50,293 bases of DNA from Methylococcaceae bacterium (lineage in GTDB: Bacteria > Pseudomonadota > Gammaproteobacteria > Methylococcales > Methylomonadaceae). The notes beneath the pieces were generated by a model. That model was not told the DNA's origin. It ran no database searches and saw only the letters and a list, made by a program, of their open reading frames with translations. Of the stretch, positions 1 to 9,986 are shown one piece after another; position 1 is the first letter of the stretch; each line of letters starts with the position of its first letter. A program made the translations under genes and the position numbers. The stretch lies in NCBI GenBank assembly GCA_049656545.1, contig JBASLW010000084.1, positions 1 through 50,293 of the forward strand, written 5' to 3'.

Positions 1-207
1 GCTCATCGACACGCGATAAGGGTCGGCGAAAAATTCAGCAATCCCTTTGCGTGTCGTTTCGTCAGTTGAACCGAGTAGCCACATCAGCAGAAAGAACGCC
101 ATCATCGCCGTCACGAAATCCGCATAAGCTAACTTCCACGCACCACCATGATGTGCGTGACCGCCTTTTTTAATCTTTTTAATGATAATGGGTTGTTGTT
201 CTGCCAT
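1..207 (-). CDS. motB: Flagellar stator protein MotB, N-terminal fragment (runs off window edge)
   Basis: Manual reverse-strand translation from the ATG at 207 gives MAEQQPIIIKKIKKGGHAHHGGAWKLAYADFVTAMMAFFLLMWLLGSTDE.... The AYADFxTAMMAFFLxMW transmembrane segment is typical of MotB. It lies 8 nt after the motA stop. Confidence 0.85.
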   Translation of the reverse strand, partial: MAEQQPIIIKKIKKGGHAHHGGAWKLAYADFVTAMMAFFLLMWLLGSTDETTRKGIAEFFADPYRVSMS

Positions 208-215
208 GACTGCGA

Positions 216-1067
216 TTACCCTTTGTTACTGCGTAATAAATCATCAAGTTCTTTAAAACTTGGACGTTTGTCTGTTGAAATCATAGCTCGCATATATTCA
301 GCTGTCATCGCAGGTGAAATACCTTTTGCGGTACATAACAAGCCTTTTTGAGCGCAACGAAAAATGTTACCTTCCATCTCAGAGCGCGTTGACATCAAAG
401 CCCCAACAGGACCAATAAAGCCATAAGCTAACAAAATACCGACGAATGTTCCGACCAACGCCGCCGCAATCGCTTTCCCCATTACAGCAGGTGGTGCGCC
501 AACAAGCTCCATCGTATGAACAACCCCCATAACCGCCGCGACGATACCAAACGCTGGCAAACCATCTGCCATAGTTTGAATAACTTTTACAGGTGCATGA
601 GCATCTTCATGGTGTGTTTCCATCGTTTGATCCATCAATTCTTCAAGCTGGTGAACCTCAACGCCTGTGACGATTAAACGCAAATTGTCGCAAATGAAAT
701 CCAATAAATGATGATCGCCTGTGATTTTTTCAGTAAAAATCGCAGGATTACTTTCAGGATTTTCAATCAATTCTTCCAACGACAACAATCCTTCTTTACG
801 AGTTTTGTTGGTCAGCATATAAAAACACATCAGCAATTCAAGATAAAACTCTTTACTGTAAGGTTCGGGTTTTAATGTCGCAGTCGCTTTTGAAATTGAC
901 TCTTTCACTAATGACAACGGATTTGCCACAATCAATGCGCCGACCGCCGCCCCAACAATAATAATATATTCAAAAGGTTGGAATAAAATCGCTGGATGCC
1001 CACCACCGCCAATATAGCCGCCCATCAACGCACTACAAACTAATACATATCCAATAATAACTAACAT
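216..1067 (-). CDS. motA: Flagellar motor stator protein MotA
   Basis: 283 aa. Collinear with E. coli MotA as I remember it (LPAFGIVAAVMGVVH, GTFVGILLAYGF, RPSFKELDD). Immediately followed by motB. Confidence 0.9.
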   Translation of the reverse strand: MLVIIGYVLVCSALMGGYIGGGGHPAILFQPFEYIIIVGAAVGALIVANPLSLVKESISKATATLKPEPYSKEFYLELLMCFYMLTNKTRKEGLLSLEELIENPESNPAIFTEKITGDHHLLDFICDNLRLIVTGVEVHQLEELMDQTMETHHEDAHAPVKVIQTMADGLPAFGIVAAVMGVVHTMELVGAPPAVMGKAIAAALVGTFVGILLAYGFIGPVGALMSTRSEMEGNIFRCAQKGLLCTAKGISPAMTAEYMRAMISTDKRPSFKELDDLLRSNKG

Positions 1068-1163
1068 GGTTTTCTCGTTTTCTGTGTTTAAAATAACTAC
1101 GCGCTATAAATAAGCAAAATAGCTGCCATCGTAAAGTCGTTTATAAAAATTAAATTTCTCTCT

Positions 1164-1189
1164 TAATCGGCAGCAAAACGTATTTTTTA
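1164..1189 (-). promoter_or_regulatory. Candidate sigma28 (FliA)-type promoter for motAB
   Basis: The reverse strand reads TAAAAAAT-N10-GCCGATTA, against the consensus TAAAGTTT-N11-GCCGATAA. It is about 97 nt upstream of the motA ATG. Pattern match only. Confidence 0.35.
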
Positions 1190-1207
1190 AAAATTATACC
1201 GTTTAAA

Positions 1208-1233
1208 TAAAAAAGGCTAGATTTCTCTAACCT
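1208..1233 (-). terminator. Weak intrinsic terminator after the DksA/TraR paralogue
   Basis: The reverse strand has AGGTTAG-N6-CTAGCCT (7-bp stem with one G-U pair) followed by TTTTTTATTT. Confidence 0.3.
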
Positions 1234-1273
1234 TGAAAATAGACAAAAAAATGTTTTAAGACAGAACGTTAAT

Positions 1274-1618
1274 TCAAATTTTTTCTATCAAACTAGCACA
1301 TTTAATACATTGCACAGAAAAAGGGACGGCTTTCAAACGCTCTGGATTGATTGCCTCGCCACACGTTTGACAAATTTCATACTCGCCCGAATCAAGCCGT
1401 GTAATGGCGTGTTTAATCGCGGCAATTTCAACCCGTGCAGAATTACCTAAAAAATCTTGAACTTCATTATTTTCATTTTGTGTCGCCATTTCTTCAAAAT
1501 CTTTTTCAATCACGTCTTCTGAATGACGTACATCACTCGTAATTTTGGTTAATCGTTCATCTAATTCTTCTAACATTAAAATTAAATTTTGGCGCACATC
1601 GTCATAATTCGTCGTCAT
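1274..1618 (-). CDS. DksA/TraR family C4-type zinc-finger protein (short paralogue)
   Basis: 114 aa with a C-terminal CQTC-N17-CIKC zinc finger and a preceding helical region. It lacks the DxxDxA coiled-coil tip motif present in the canonical DksA at 33793-34230. Confidence 0.8.
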   Translation of the reverse strand: MTTNYDDVRQNLILMLEELDERLTKITSDVRHSEDVIEKDFEEMATQNENNEVQDFLGNSARVEIAAIKHAITRLDSGEYEICQTCGEAINPERLKAVPFSVQCIKCASLIEKI

Positions 1619-1685
1619 TTTATTCTCCTCTTTTGTTTAAACGCATTTAATGCGCCAAATTATAGCGTAATAAAGATTTACCTAA

Positions 1686-2699
<1,014 letters not shown>

Positions 2700-2700
2700 A

Positions 2701-3411
2701 ATGCCCCTCTTTATTCTTGACGAAAACAATCCGTTACAACCCTTTCCGCCCTTGAAAAATGCGCTGCATGAACCAAATGGATTGCTGGCAGTGGGTGGAT
2801 GTTTGTCAAGTGAGCGACTCCTTAACGCTTATCGTTGTGGCATTTTTCCTTGGTTTAGTGATAACGATCCGATTTTATGGTGGTCGCCAAATCCACGCCT
2901 CGTTTTGTTTCCTGAAAAATTAAAAATTTCAAAGCGACTTGCGAAAACCCTTCGGCAAAATAAATTTAACTTAACCACAAATCACGCATTTGATTTGGTC
3001 ATTGAAAAATGCGCTGAATTGCGAGTAAATGTTGAAGGAACATGGATTAGCGATGAGATTAAAAAGGCTTATTCAAAACTTCATCGAGAAGGTTTTGCCC
3101 ATTCATTCGAGGCATGGCAAAACGGCGAGTTAGTTGGTGGGTTATACGGCGTTGCACTAGGAAACGTATTTTTTGGCGAATCGATGTTTCACACCATTTC
3201 AGATGCGTCAAAAGTCGCTTTTGCTTATTCAATCAGTCAATTGAAAATGCTGGATTATCAATTGATTGATTGCCAAGTTCACAGTAATCATTTGGTGAGC
3301 TTAGGGGCAGAAGAAATTTCACGCGCAAAATTTGCCGAATTACTTATGACGCATTGCACTGACAACACTATGATAACTGCTACAATTAACAAATCCTCAA
3401 GCCTTTTCTGA
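2701..3411 (+). CDS. aat: Leucyl/phenylalanyl-tRNA--protein transferase
   Basis: Has the EPNGLLAVGG, GIFPWFS..DPILWWSP and GESMF motifs, as in E. coli Aat. The ATG at 2701 (MPLFILDE) is preferred over the ORF-track start at 2668, which overlaps trxB. Confidence 0.9.
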   Translation: MPLFILDENNPLQPFPPLKNALHEPNGLLAVGGCLSSERLLNAYRCGIFPWFSDNDPILWWSPNPRLVLFPEKLKISKRLAKTLRQNKFNLTTNHAFDLVIEKCAELRVNVEGTWISDEIKKAYSKLHREGFAHSFEAWQNGELVGGLYGVALGNVFFGESMFHTISDASKVAFAYSISQLKMLDYQLIDCQVHSNHLVSLGAEEISRAKFAELLMTHCTDNTMITATINKSSSLF

Positions 3412-3424
3412 ACATGAATACACT

Positions 3425-4441
3425 ATGAGTTTTTTATTTTTGGCAACAAACCAAATTTTTTTATGGTTATTACGATTGACAGAGCAACAAGATTATCAAT
3501 CGTTGACGCACGAATTCTTAGAAATTCTTAAAGAAAATCCCTATATTACATCAGTAAGTGGTTATGAAATTTATAACCATAAACACAGAGTTTCTGATGA
3601 TTCGAGTGTTGATGGTCGCTTAATTCGGCGTTTTCCACTTGATTTTACAAAAGAAGATGATGTGGCTGACAACATTCACGTTAGTAATTCGTCACATGTT
3701 ATTGGTATTTCAACCAGTGAAGAAGATGAATACGATTGTTTTTCGTGGGCAATTTTGACTGTAAAAGGCGGAAATGGTCCTGATCGTTCGATATTGGTTG
3801 AAGGAAAATTAAACGAATCCACGATGGAAATGCTAAAACATTTACGCGGCATTTATCAAAATTTGGTGATTTTACACGATGCAAAAGAACGCGATTTATT
3901 AACGACTTTACCAAATAGGCAATCGTTAGATTTGCGTTTAATGCAAGTTTGTCAACATTATTGTGATAATCCGATTTCTGACAAAGTGCGTGATAAAAGT
4001 TCATGGATTGCCATTTTAGACATCGATCATTTCAAGCAAGTAAATGACAATTTTGGGCATTTATATGGTGATGAAGTATTGCTTATTTTTAGCCAAATTA
4101 TGGGTAAAAAGTTTCGATACAATGATTTTTTGTTTCGTTTTGGCGGTGAAGAATTTGTGGTTATATTGAATTTAGCGACACAAGAAAGCGCACTTGCAAC
4201 GTTTAACCGTTTTCGAGAAGCGGTTGCAGACTATAATTTTCCAACCGTTGGAAAAGTAACAGTCAGTATTGGTGCGACACATATTGAAAATTCAGCGATG
4301 CCAAGTATTCTTTTAGATCGTGCTGATAAAGCTCTCTACTACGCGAAAGAACACGGGCGAAACCAAGTCGTACTTTATGAACTCACGCAAGAATTAGTCG
4401 CAAATGAGTATGAAAATGATAGCGAAATTGAATTATTTTAA
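3425..4441 (+). CDS. Diguanylate cyclase (GGDEF) with uncharacterised N-terminal sensor region
   Basis: The C-terminal GGDEF domain carries LPNRQSL, DIDHFKQVND and an RFGGEEF active site, plus an RYND I-site 5 residues upstream. Confidence 0.85.
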   Translation: MSFLFLATNQIFLWLLRLTEQQDYQSLTHEFLEILKENPYITSVSGYEIYNHKHRVSDDSSVDGRLIRRFPLDFTKEDDVADNIHVSNSSHVIGISTSEEDEYDCFSWAILTVKGGNGPDRSILVEGKLNESTMEMLKHLRGIYQNLVILHDAKERDLLTTLPNRQSLDLRLMQVCQHYCDNPISDKVRDKSSWIAILDIDHFKQVNDNFGHLYGDEVLLIFSQIMGKKFRYNDFLFRFGGEEFVVILNLATQESALATFNRFREAVADYNFPTVGKVTVSIGATHIENSAMPSILLDRADKALYYAKEHGRNQVVLYELTQELVANEYENDSEIELF

Positions 4442-4450
4442 GGATTACAA

Positions 4451-5380
4451 ATGCAAAAATTAAAATGTGCTGTGATTGGAACAGGCTATTTAGGTAAATT
4501 TCACGCACAAAAATACGCAAATTTACCAGAATGTGAATTAGTCGCCGTCGTTGATAGCAATGCGGAAACGGCTGAAAAAATTGCTAACGAACATGATACG
4601 AAAGCCTTGACCGATTACACGTCACTTTTGGGCAAAGTTGATGCTGTGAGTATTGTTGTCCCGACGACTTTACATTATCAAGTTGCAAAAGATTTTTTAA
4701 ACGCGGGCGCACACGTTTTAATTGAAAAACCAATTACGACAACTGTTGAACAAGCTGATGAGTTAATTGCGATTGCAAAAGAAAAAAATTTAATTCTGCA
4801 AGTTGGACATTTAGAACGTTTTAATCCTGCGGTTTTAGCATTGGATAAAGACGAAAAACCGTTGTTTATTGAATCGCACCGTTTGTCACCATTTAACCCA
4901 CGCGCGAATGATGTTAGCGTGGTTTTAGATTTAATGATTCACGACATTGATATTATTTTGGCGTTGGTGAATTCGGAAGTGGTGAAAATCGACGCGAGCG
5001 GCACGGCGGTTTTAACGAAAGGAACAGACATTGCGAATGCACGTTTGACGTTTGCGAATGGTTGCGTAGCGAATGTGACAGCAAGTCGAATCAGCATGAA
5101 ACTTGAACGTAAAATGCGTTTATTTCGCCCTAGTTCTTATGCGTCAGTCGATTTTCAGAATCGAATTTTGCAAAAATATCGCACGGGTGACAAAGAAATG
5201 TTCCCAGGTGTGCCAGAAATTTTGAGCGAAGAAGCGACATTTGAAACGAGTGATGCGTTATTGGCTGAAATTGAGCAATTTGTCAGTTGTATTAAATCGG
5301 GTGAACAACCTTTAGTGACAGGCGAAGCAGCGCGTTTAGCATTGGCAACGGCAATAGAAATTACAAAACTACTAAATTAG
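4451..5380 (+). CDS. Gfo/Idh/MocA family NAD-dependent sugar oxidoreductase
   Basis: N-terminal Rossmann motif VIGTGYLGKFHA and the EKP motif (LIEKPITTT). Paired with a downstream DegT-type aminotransferase. Confidence 0.8.
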   Translation: MQKLKCAVIGTGYLGKFHAQKYANLPECELVAVVDSNAETAEKIANEHDTKALTDYTSLLGKVDAVSIVVPTTLHYQVAKDFLNAGAHVLIEKPITTTVEQADELIAIAKEKNLILQVGHLERFNPAVLALDKDEKPLFIESHRLSPFNPRANDVSVVLDLMIHDIDIILALVNSEVVKIDASGTAVLTKGTDIANARLTFANGCVANVTASRISMKLERKMRLFRPSSYASVDFQNRILQKYRTGDKEMFPGVPEILSEEATFETSDALLAEIEQFVSCIKSGEQPLVTGEAARLALATAIEITKLLN

Positions 5381-5389
5381 GAAAAAATT

Positions 5390-6481
5390 ATGATTCCAAT
5401 GGTCAACCTCAAAGCGCAATACGCGGAAATCAAAGACGAAGTCGAACGCGGTTTGGCTGAAACTATCGAAAATTGCAGTTTTATTTTAGGTGCGAATGTT
5501 CAAGCCTTTGAACGCGAAGCCGCAGAATATCTTGGTGTAAAACACGCCATTGGCGTAGCGTCAGGAACGGATGCGTTGCATTTAGCGTTAATTGCAGAAG
5601 GTATTACAGCTGGTGATGAAGTGATTACCACGCCATTTACGTTTATTGCGACTGCCGAAGCGATTAAATACGTTGGCGCAATTCCTGTTTTTGTCGATAT
5701 TGACCCGCACACATTTAACATTTGTCCAAAAGCGATTGCAGCAGCAATTACACCAAAAACCAAAGCGATTATGCCCGTACATTTATTTGGGCAACCTGCT
5801 GATATGACGGCAATTTTAGAGTTATGTGAACAACATAATTTGAAATTGATTGAAGATTGCTGCCAATCATTTGGAGCAAGAATTAACGGGAAACAAACAG
5901 GCGCAATCGGAAATGCGTCAGGATTTAGTTTTTTCCCAAGTAAAAATTTAGGGGCATTTGGCGATGGTGGTTTAACAACGACAAATAGAGATGAAACAGC
6001 GGCAAAAATTCGTCAACTTCGCAATCACGGTTCAGATGTGCGTTATTACCATGACATCATTGGTTATAACAGTCGTTTAGACGAAATGCAGGCGGTGGTT
6101 TTACGCGCAAAACTCAAACACATTGACAAATATAATCAAGAACGTCGTCGTGTGGCGCATTTATATTCGGAATTATTAGCAGATTTGCCGCTTGAAACTC
6201 CGTTTGAAGATGGTTTAGGTGAACACGTTTATCATCAATATACATTGCTTTGTGATAGACGCGACGACGTGATGGCGGCATTACAAGCGAAACAAATCGG
6301 TTGTGCAGTTTATTATCCTGTGCCGTTGCATCAACAAAAAGCATTTGAAGAAGAATGCGCTGGGATGGTGTTGCCAATTACAGAATCTGTGATGAAACGC
6401 TGTTTTTCATTGCCAATTTGTCCATTTTTGACAGACGCTGAAATTCATGAAATTTGTGACGTGATTAAAAGCGTTTTTTAA
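5390..6481 (+). CDS. DegT/DnrJ/EryC1/StrS family PLP-dependent sugar aminotransferase
   Basis: 363 aa with the family layout (GTDALHLAL, the FPSKNLGAFGDGG region with the PLP lysine, RNHG). Confidence 0.85.
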   Translation: MIPMVNLKAQYAEIKDEVERGLAETIENCSFILGANVQAFEREAAEYLGVKHAIGVASGTDALHLALIAEGITAGDEVITTPFTFIATAEAIKYVGAIPVFVDIDPHTFNICPKAIAAAITPKTKAIMPVHLFGQPADMTAILELCEQHNLKLIEDCCQSFGARINGKQTGAIGNASGFSFFPSKNLGAFGDGGLTTTNRDETAAKIRQLRNHGSDVRYYHDIIGYNSRLDEMQAVVLRAKLKHIDKYNQERRRVAHLYSELLADLPLETPFEDGLGEHVYHQYTLLCDRRDDVMAALQAKQIGCAVYYPVPLHQQKAFEEECAGMVLPITESVMKRCFSLPICPFLTDAEIHEICDVIKSVF

Positions 6482-6490
6482 CATTCTCCG

Positions 6491-6523
6491 AAAAGCTAAC
6501 GAGTTCTAAATTCGTTAGCTTTT
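6491..6523. terminator. Bidirectional intrinsic terminator between convergent genes
   Basis: AAAAGCTAACGA-N9-TCGTTAGCTTTT, a perfect 12-bp stem whose arms supply the A-run and T-run themselves. Confidence 0.6.
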
Positions 6524-6532
6524 AAATTCAAA

Positions 6533-7210
6533 TTACAATTTTTTACCTGTCACTTTAATTGTATTTAAATCGAAAGATTCTTCACTTTTTGTCACAGATT
6601 TTGTTTTTACCGCACATTTAACAGATAAAGGCGTTGATAAAGTAGATTCATTTATTCTAAGAGAAGCAATCGCTTCTTCCTCTAAGAAACCATTTCCATT
6701 GTTTGAACAAATACTTGCAAATATATTTTGTCCATTTTCATTTTTGCTTGTGCCATCAACTTTTAACGTTAAATTGCTATTACTTCCTGCACTAATACTA
6801 ATTTTTGTAAGGACTGTTGTTTTACATACAGGATTTTCTGCATCTGAACATGACTCTGATTTTTCTGACCAATTTGCCGTTAATTTACTCGCACTTAATT
6901 TGTGTTTATCTGCTTCACTCAAACTAGATTCAAAAGCGAAATTACCGACACTTATAGCCATGGTAGCGTCTTCGGTAATATCTTCCCAAAAAACTCCTGC
7001 TTCATTAAGTGAGTCACCAGATATTTTTGCACTAATTGAGAATTTCCCTGTGCTTTGCATATAGTATTCAGTAAACGTTTCGCCTTCTTCTTTGTATTTA
7101 TTTGTTAATAATTTATCTGTCGATAATTCAGTTATTGAAACCGAATCAGCATAAACAGCTGAAACGGATAGACAACAAGCGATTACGAGCAATAATTTTT
7201 TTAATTTCAT
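6533..7210 (-). CDS. Hypothetical secreted protein or lipoprotein (no recognisable family)
   Basis: 225 aa with signal peptide MKLKKLLLVIACCLSVSAVYA (possible VIAC lipobox or AVYA-D cleavage). Ser/Thr/Asn-rich. The gene looks more AT-rich than its neighbours. Confidence 0.6.
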   Translation of the reverse strand: MKLKKLLLVIACCLSVSAVYADSVSITELSTDKLLTNKYKEEGETFTEYYMQSTGKFSISAKISGDSLNEAGVFWEDITEDATMAISVGNFAFESSLSEADKHKLSASKLTANWSEKSESCSDAENPVCKTTVLTKISISAGSNSNLTLKVDGTSKNENGQNIFASICSNNGNGFLEEEAIASLRINESTLSTPLSVKCAVKTKSVTKSEESFDLNTIKVTGKKL

Positions 7211-7299
7211 GTGGTTGTCTCCGAGTAAGAATAAATTGTGTTTATCTAGTTGCTAGAATACTGTAACCAACCTGTATTTTCAAAAAATGTAAATTCCCC

Positions 7300-7327
7300 C
7301 TTGAAACCTTAATCCCCTGCCCCATTT
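7300..7327 (+). promoter_or_regulatory. Sigma32 heat-shock promoter for grpE
   Basis: CCCCCTTGAAA-N13-CCCCATTT is a near-perfect match to the sigma32 consensus CTTGAAA-N13-15-CCCCATnT. It is 41 nt upstream of the grpE ATG. Confidence 0.7.
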
Positions 7328-7367
7328 TAAGCTCATCGTTATTTTTTATTTTTCATAGGAAAACTAG

Positions 7368-7934
7368 ATGAGCAACACAGAAGAAAATTTGGCAACGCCA
7401 GAAATCGAAGAAATTGATTTACACACAAATCACACCGAAGTTGGCGAACACGAATATACGATTGATGAATTAAAAGCAGAACTCACTGAAACCAAAAAAG
7501 CCGCTGAAGACGCAAACGACAAAATGTTACGCACGTTGGCTGAAATGGAAAATTTGAAACGTCGTACGCAAAAAGACATCGACGATGCGCGTAAATACGC
7601 GGTTTCAGGTTTTGCAAAAGAATTATTACCTGTTTTAGACAGTTTATTCATGGGCTTACAACTCGCAACAGGCGACAGCGACGAAGTGAAAAAATTCCGC
7701 GAAGGCTGTGAACTCACCATCAAACAATTTGAAGCGGCATTTGAAAAAAATAATGTCATCACAATTGACCCAATGGGCTTGCCTTTAAATCCTGAACAAC
7801 ACAATGCGGTCAGCATGATGTTTGTCGAAGGCGCAGAACCTAACACCGTCGTCAACGTATTCCAAAAAGGTTATATGTTGAACGGAAGATTATTACGCCC
7901 TGCAATGGTTGTTGTTGCAAAAGCCGCTGAATAA
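7368..7934 (+). CDS. grpE: Nucleotide exchange factor GrpE
   Basis: 188 aa with LRTLAEMENLKRR and a C-terminal beta domain (GYMLNGRLLRPAMVVV). Confidence 0.95.
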   Translation: MSNTEENLATPEIEEIDLHTNHTEVGEHEYTIDELKAELTETKKAAEDANDKMLRTLAEMENLKRRTQKDIDDARKYAVSGFAKELLPVLDSLFMGLQLATGDSDEVKKFREGCELTIKQFEAAFEKNNVITIDPMGLPLNPEQHNAVSMMFVEGAEPNTVVNVFQKGYMLNGRLLRPAMVVVAKAAE

Positions 7935-7937
7935 GCC

Positions 7938-7965
7938 CTTGAAATCACAAAAATCTACCCTACAT
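7938..7965 (+). promoter_or_regulatory. Second, weaker sigma32-like promoter in front of dnaK
   Basis: CCCTTGAAA-N13-CCCTACAT. The -35 is good and the -10 is imperfect. Confidence 0.45.
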
Positions 7966-8005
7966 TTGTAACATCTTTTAAAAATTATTTTGGAGTAAAA
8001 ACCTC

Positions 8006-9913
8006 ATGGCAAAAATTATCGGTATCGATTTAGGCACAACAAATTCATGTGTTGCCGTTTTAGAAAATGGCGCAGTTAAAGTAATTGAAAACAGCGAAGG
8101 CGCGAGAACTACGCCGTCAATTATCGCATTTAGCAGTGACGACGAAGTGTTGGTTGGTCAATCAGCAAAACGTCAAGCTGTTACAAATCCTAAAAATACT
8201 TTGTTTGCGATTAAACGTTTAATCGGTCGTAAATTCAAAGAAGAAGCCGTTCAAAAAGACATCAAAATGGTGCCTTACACCATCGTTGAAGCCAATAACG
8301 GCGATGCGTGGGTTGATGTTCACGGTAAAAAAATGGCGGCACCTGAAATTTCAGCTCGCGTTTTGATGAAAATGAAAAAAGACGCGGAAGCCTATTTAGG
8401 TGAAGAAGTCACGCAAGCGGTTATCACAGTGCCAGCGTATTTCAACGATTCACAACGCCAAGCAACCAAAGATGCTGGACGTATCGCTGGTTTAGAAGTT
8501 TTACGAATTATCAACGAACCAACGGCGGCGGCTTTAGCGTTTGGCATGGACAAACCAAAAGGCGACACCAAAATCGCGGTTTATGATTTAGGTGGCGGTA
8601 CGTTTGATATTTCAATTATCGAAATTGCAGAAATTGACGGCGAACACCAATTTGAAGTTTTGGCGACAAACGGCGACACCTTCTTAGGTGGTGAAGATTT
8701 TGACTCGCGCGTTATCGAATACTTAGCAGAAGAATTCAAAAAAGACACAGGCGTTGACGTTCACAATGACCCACTCGCGTTGCAACGATTAAAAGAAGCG
8801 GCTGAAAAAGCAAAAATCGAATTATCGTCTAGCCAACAAACTGACGTGAATTTACCTTACATCACTGCTGACGCAACTGGGCCAAAACATTTAAACGTTA
8901 AATTGACTCGCGCTAAATTAGAATCTTTGGTTGAAGAATTGATTTTACGCACCAAAGCACCTTGTGAAATGGCATTAAAAGATGCAGGCGTTTCGGCTTC
9001 TGAAATCAACGACGTGATTTTGGTGGGTGGTCAAACCCGTATGCCGAAAGTGCAAGAAATGGTTTCAAAAATCTTCGGCAAAGAACCCCGCAAAGACGTA
9101 AATCCTGACGAAGCCGTTGCGTTAGGTGCAGCGATTCAAGCGGGCGTTTTGGGTGGTGACGTAAAAGACGTTTTATTACTTGACGTAATTCCATTGTCGC
9201 TCGGTATCGAAACAATGGGCGGCATTTTGACCAAATTGATTGAGAAAAACACTACGATTCCAACGCAAAAATCGCAAACTTTCTCGACCGCTGATGATAA
9301 TCAAACGGCTGTAACGATTCATGTGTTGCAAGGTGAACGTGAAAAAGCAAATGCCAATAAATCACTCGGTCGTTTTGATTTAGCTGATATTCCACCTGCG
9401 CCACGCGGTGTGCCACAAATCGAAGTTTCTTTCGACATCGATGCAAACGGTATTTTGAACGTTTCGGCAAAAGATAAGGCAACAGGTAAAAAACAATCGA
9501 TTGTAATTAAAGCCTCAAGTGGTTTGTCGGATGAAGAAGTTGAACGCATGGTAAAAGATGCCGAAGCACACGCCGAAGAAGACAAAAAATTGGTTGAATT
9601 AGTTCAAGCAAGAAATCACGCTGACGGTTTAGTTCATGCAACTGAAAAATCGTTAAAAGATTTAGGTGAAAAAGTCGGCGCAGACGAAAAAGCGGATATT
9701 GAAAAAGCGATTGAAGCGGTCAAAGAAGCGTTAAAAACTGACGACAAAGCCGAAATCGAAGCAAAATCTGAAGCGTTAAGCGAAGTTTTTGGCAAATTAG
9801 CTGAACGTGCTTATGCTCAAGAGGGTGGTGCAGAAGGCGGACATTCGCATGAAGAAGCAAAACCTGCTGATGACGGCGTGATTGATGCCGATTTTGAAGA
9901 AGTTAAAAAATAA
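8006..9913 (+). CDS. dnaK: Molecular chaperone DnaK (Hsp70)
   Basis: 635 aa with [29 protein letters not shown] and a C-terminal EEVKK. Confidence 0.98.
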   Translation: MAKIIGIDLGTTNSCVAVLENGAVKVIENSEGARTTPSIIAFSSDDEVLVGQSAKRQAVTNPKNTLFAIKRLIGRKFKEEAVQKDIKMVPYTIVEANNGDAWVDVHGKKMAAPEISARVLMKMKKDAEAYLGEEVTQAVITVPAYFNDSQRQATKDAGRIAGLEVLRIINEPTAAALAFGMDKPKGDTKIAVYDLGGGTFDISIIEIAEIDGEHQFEVLATNGDTFLGGEDFDSRVIEYLAEEFKKDTGVDVHNDPLALQRLKEAAEKAKIELSSSQQTDVNLPYITADATGPKHLNVKLTRAKLESLVEELILRTKAPCEMALKDAGVSASEINDVILVGGQTRMPKVQEMVSKIFGKEPRKDVNPDEAVALGAAIQAGVLGGDVKDVLLLDVIPLSLGIETMGGILTKLIEKNTTIPTQKSQTFSTADDNQTAVTIHVLQGEREKANANKSLGRFDLADIPPAPRGVPQIEVSFDIDANGILNVSAKDKATGKKQSIVIKASSGLSDEEVERMVKDAEAHAEEDKKLVELVQARNHADGLVHATEKSLKDLGEKVGADEKADIEKAIEAVKEALKTDDKAEIEAKSEALSEVFGKLAERAYAQEGGAEGGHSHEEAKPADDGVIDADFEEVKK

Positions 9914-9940
9914 ACTTTCGTTCTCCTCGAAAATTTAAAA

Positions 9941-9977
9941 AGCCCCGTTCAACTAATTTTGAACGGGGCTTTTTTTA
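9941..9977. terminator. Bidirectional rho-independent terminator (dnaK / NtrC-like gene)
   Basis: AGCCCCGTTCAA-CTAATT-TTGAACGGGGCT, a 12-bp perfect stem with an A-run before it and TTTTTTT after it. Confidence 0.8.
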
Positions 9978-9986
9978 ATTTAATTT

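Noticed and set aside
3699-4004. Antisense or alternative-frame ORFs of 60-140 aa inside well-supported genes. Examples are 148-351, 3699-4004, 5500-5782, 6114-6377, 6699-7064, 7430-7855, 9006-9585, 13262-13739, 24020-24293, 27976-29678, 30098-31618, 34381-35372 and 49371-50088.
   Set aside because: Each lies within a longer ORF with clear family motifs on the other strand or frame. None has motifs or an RBS.
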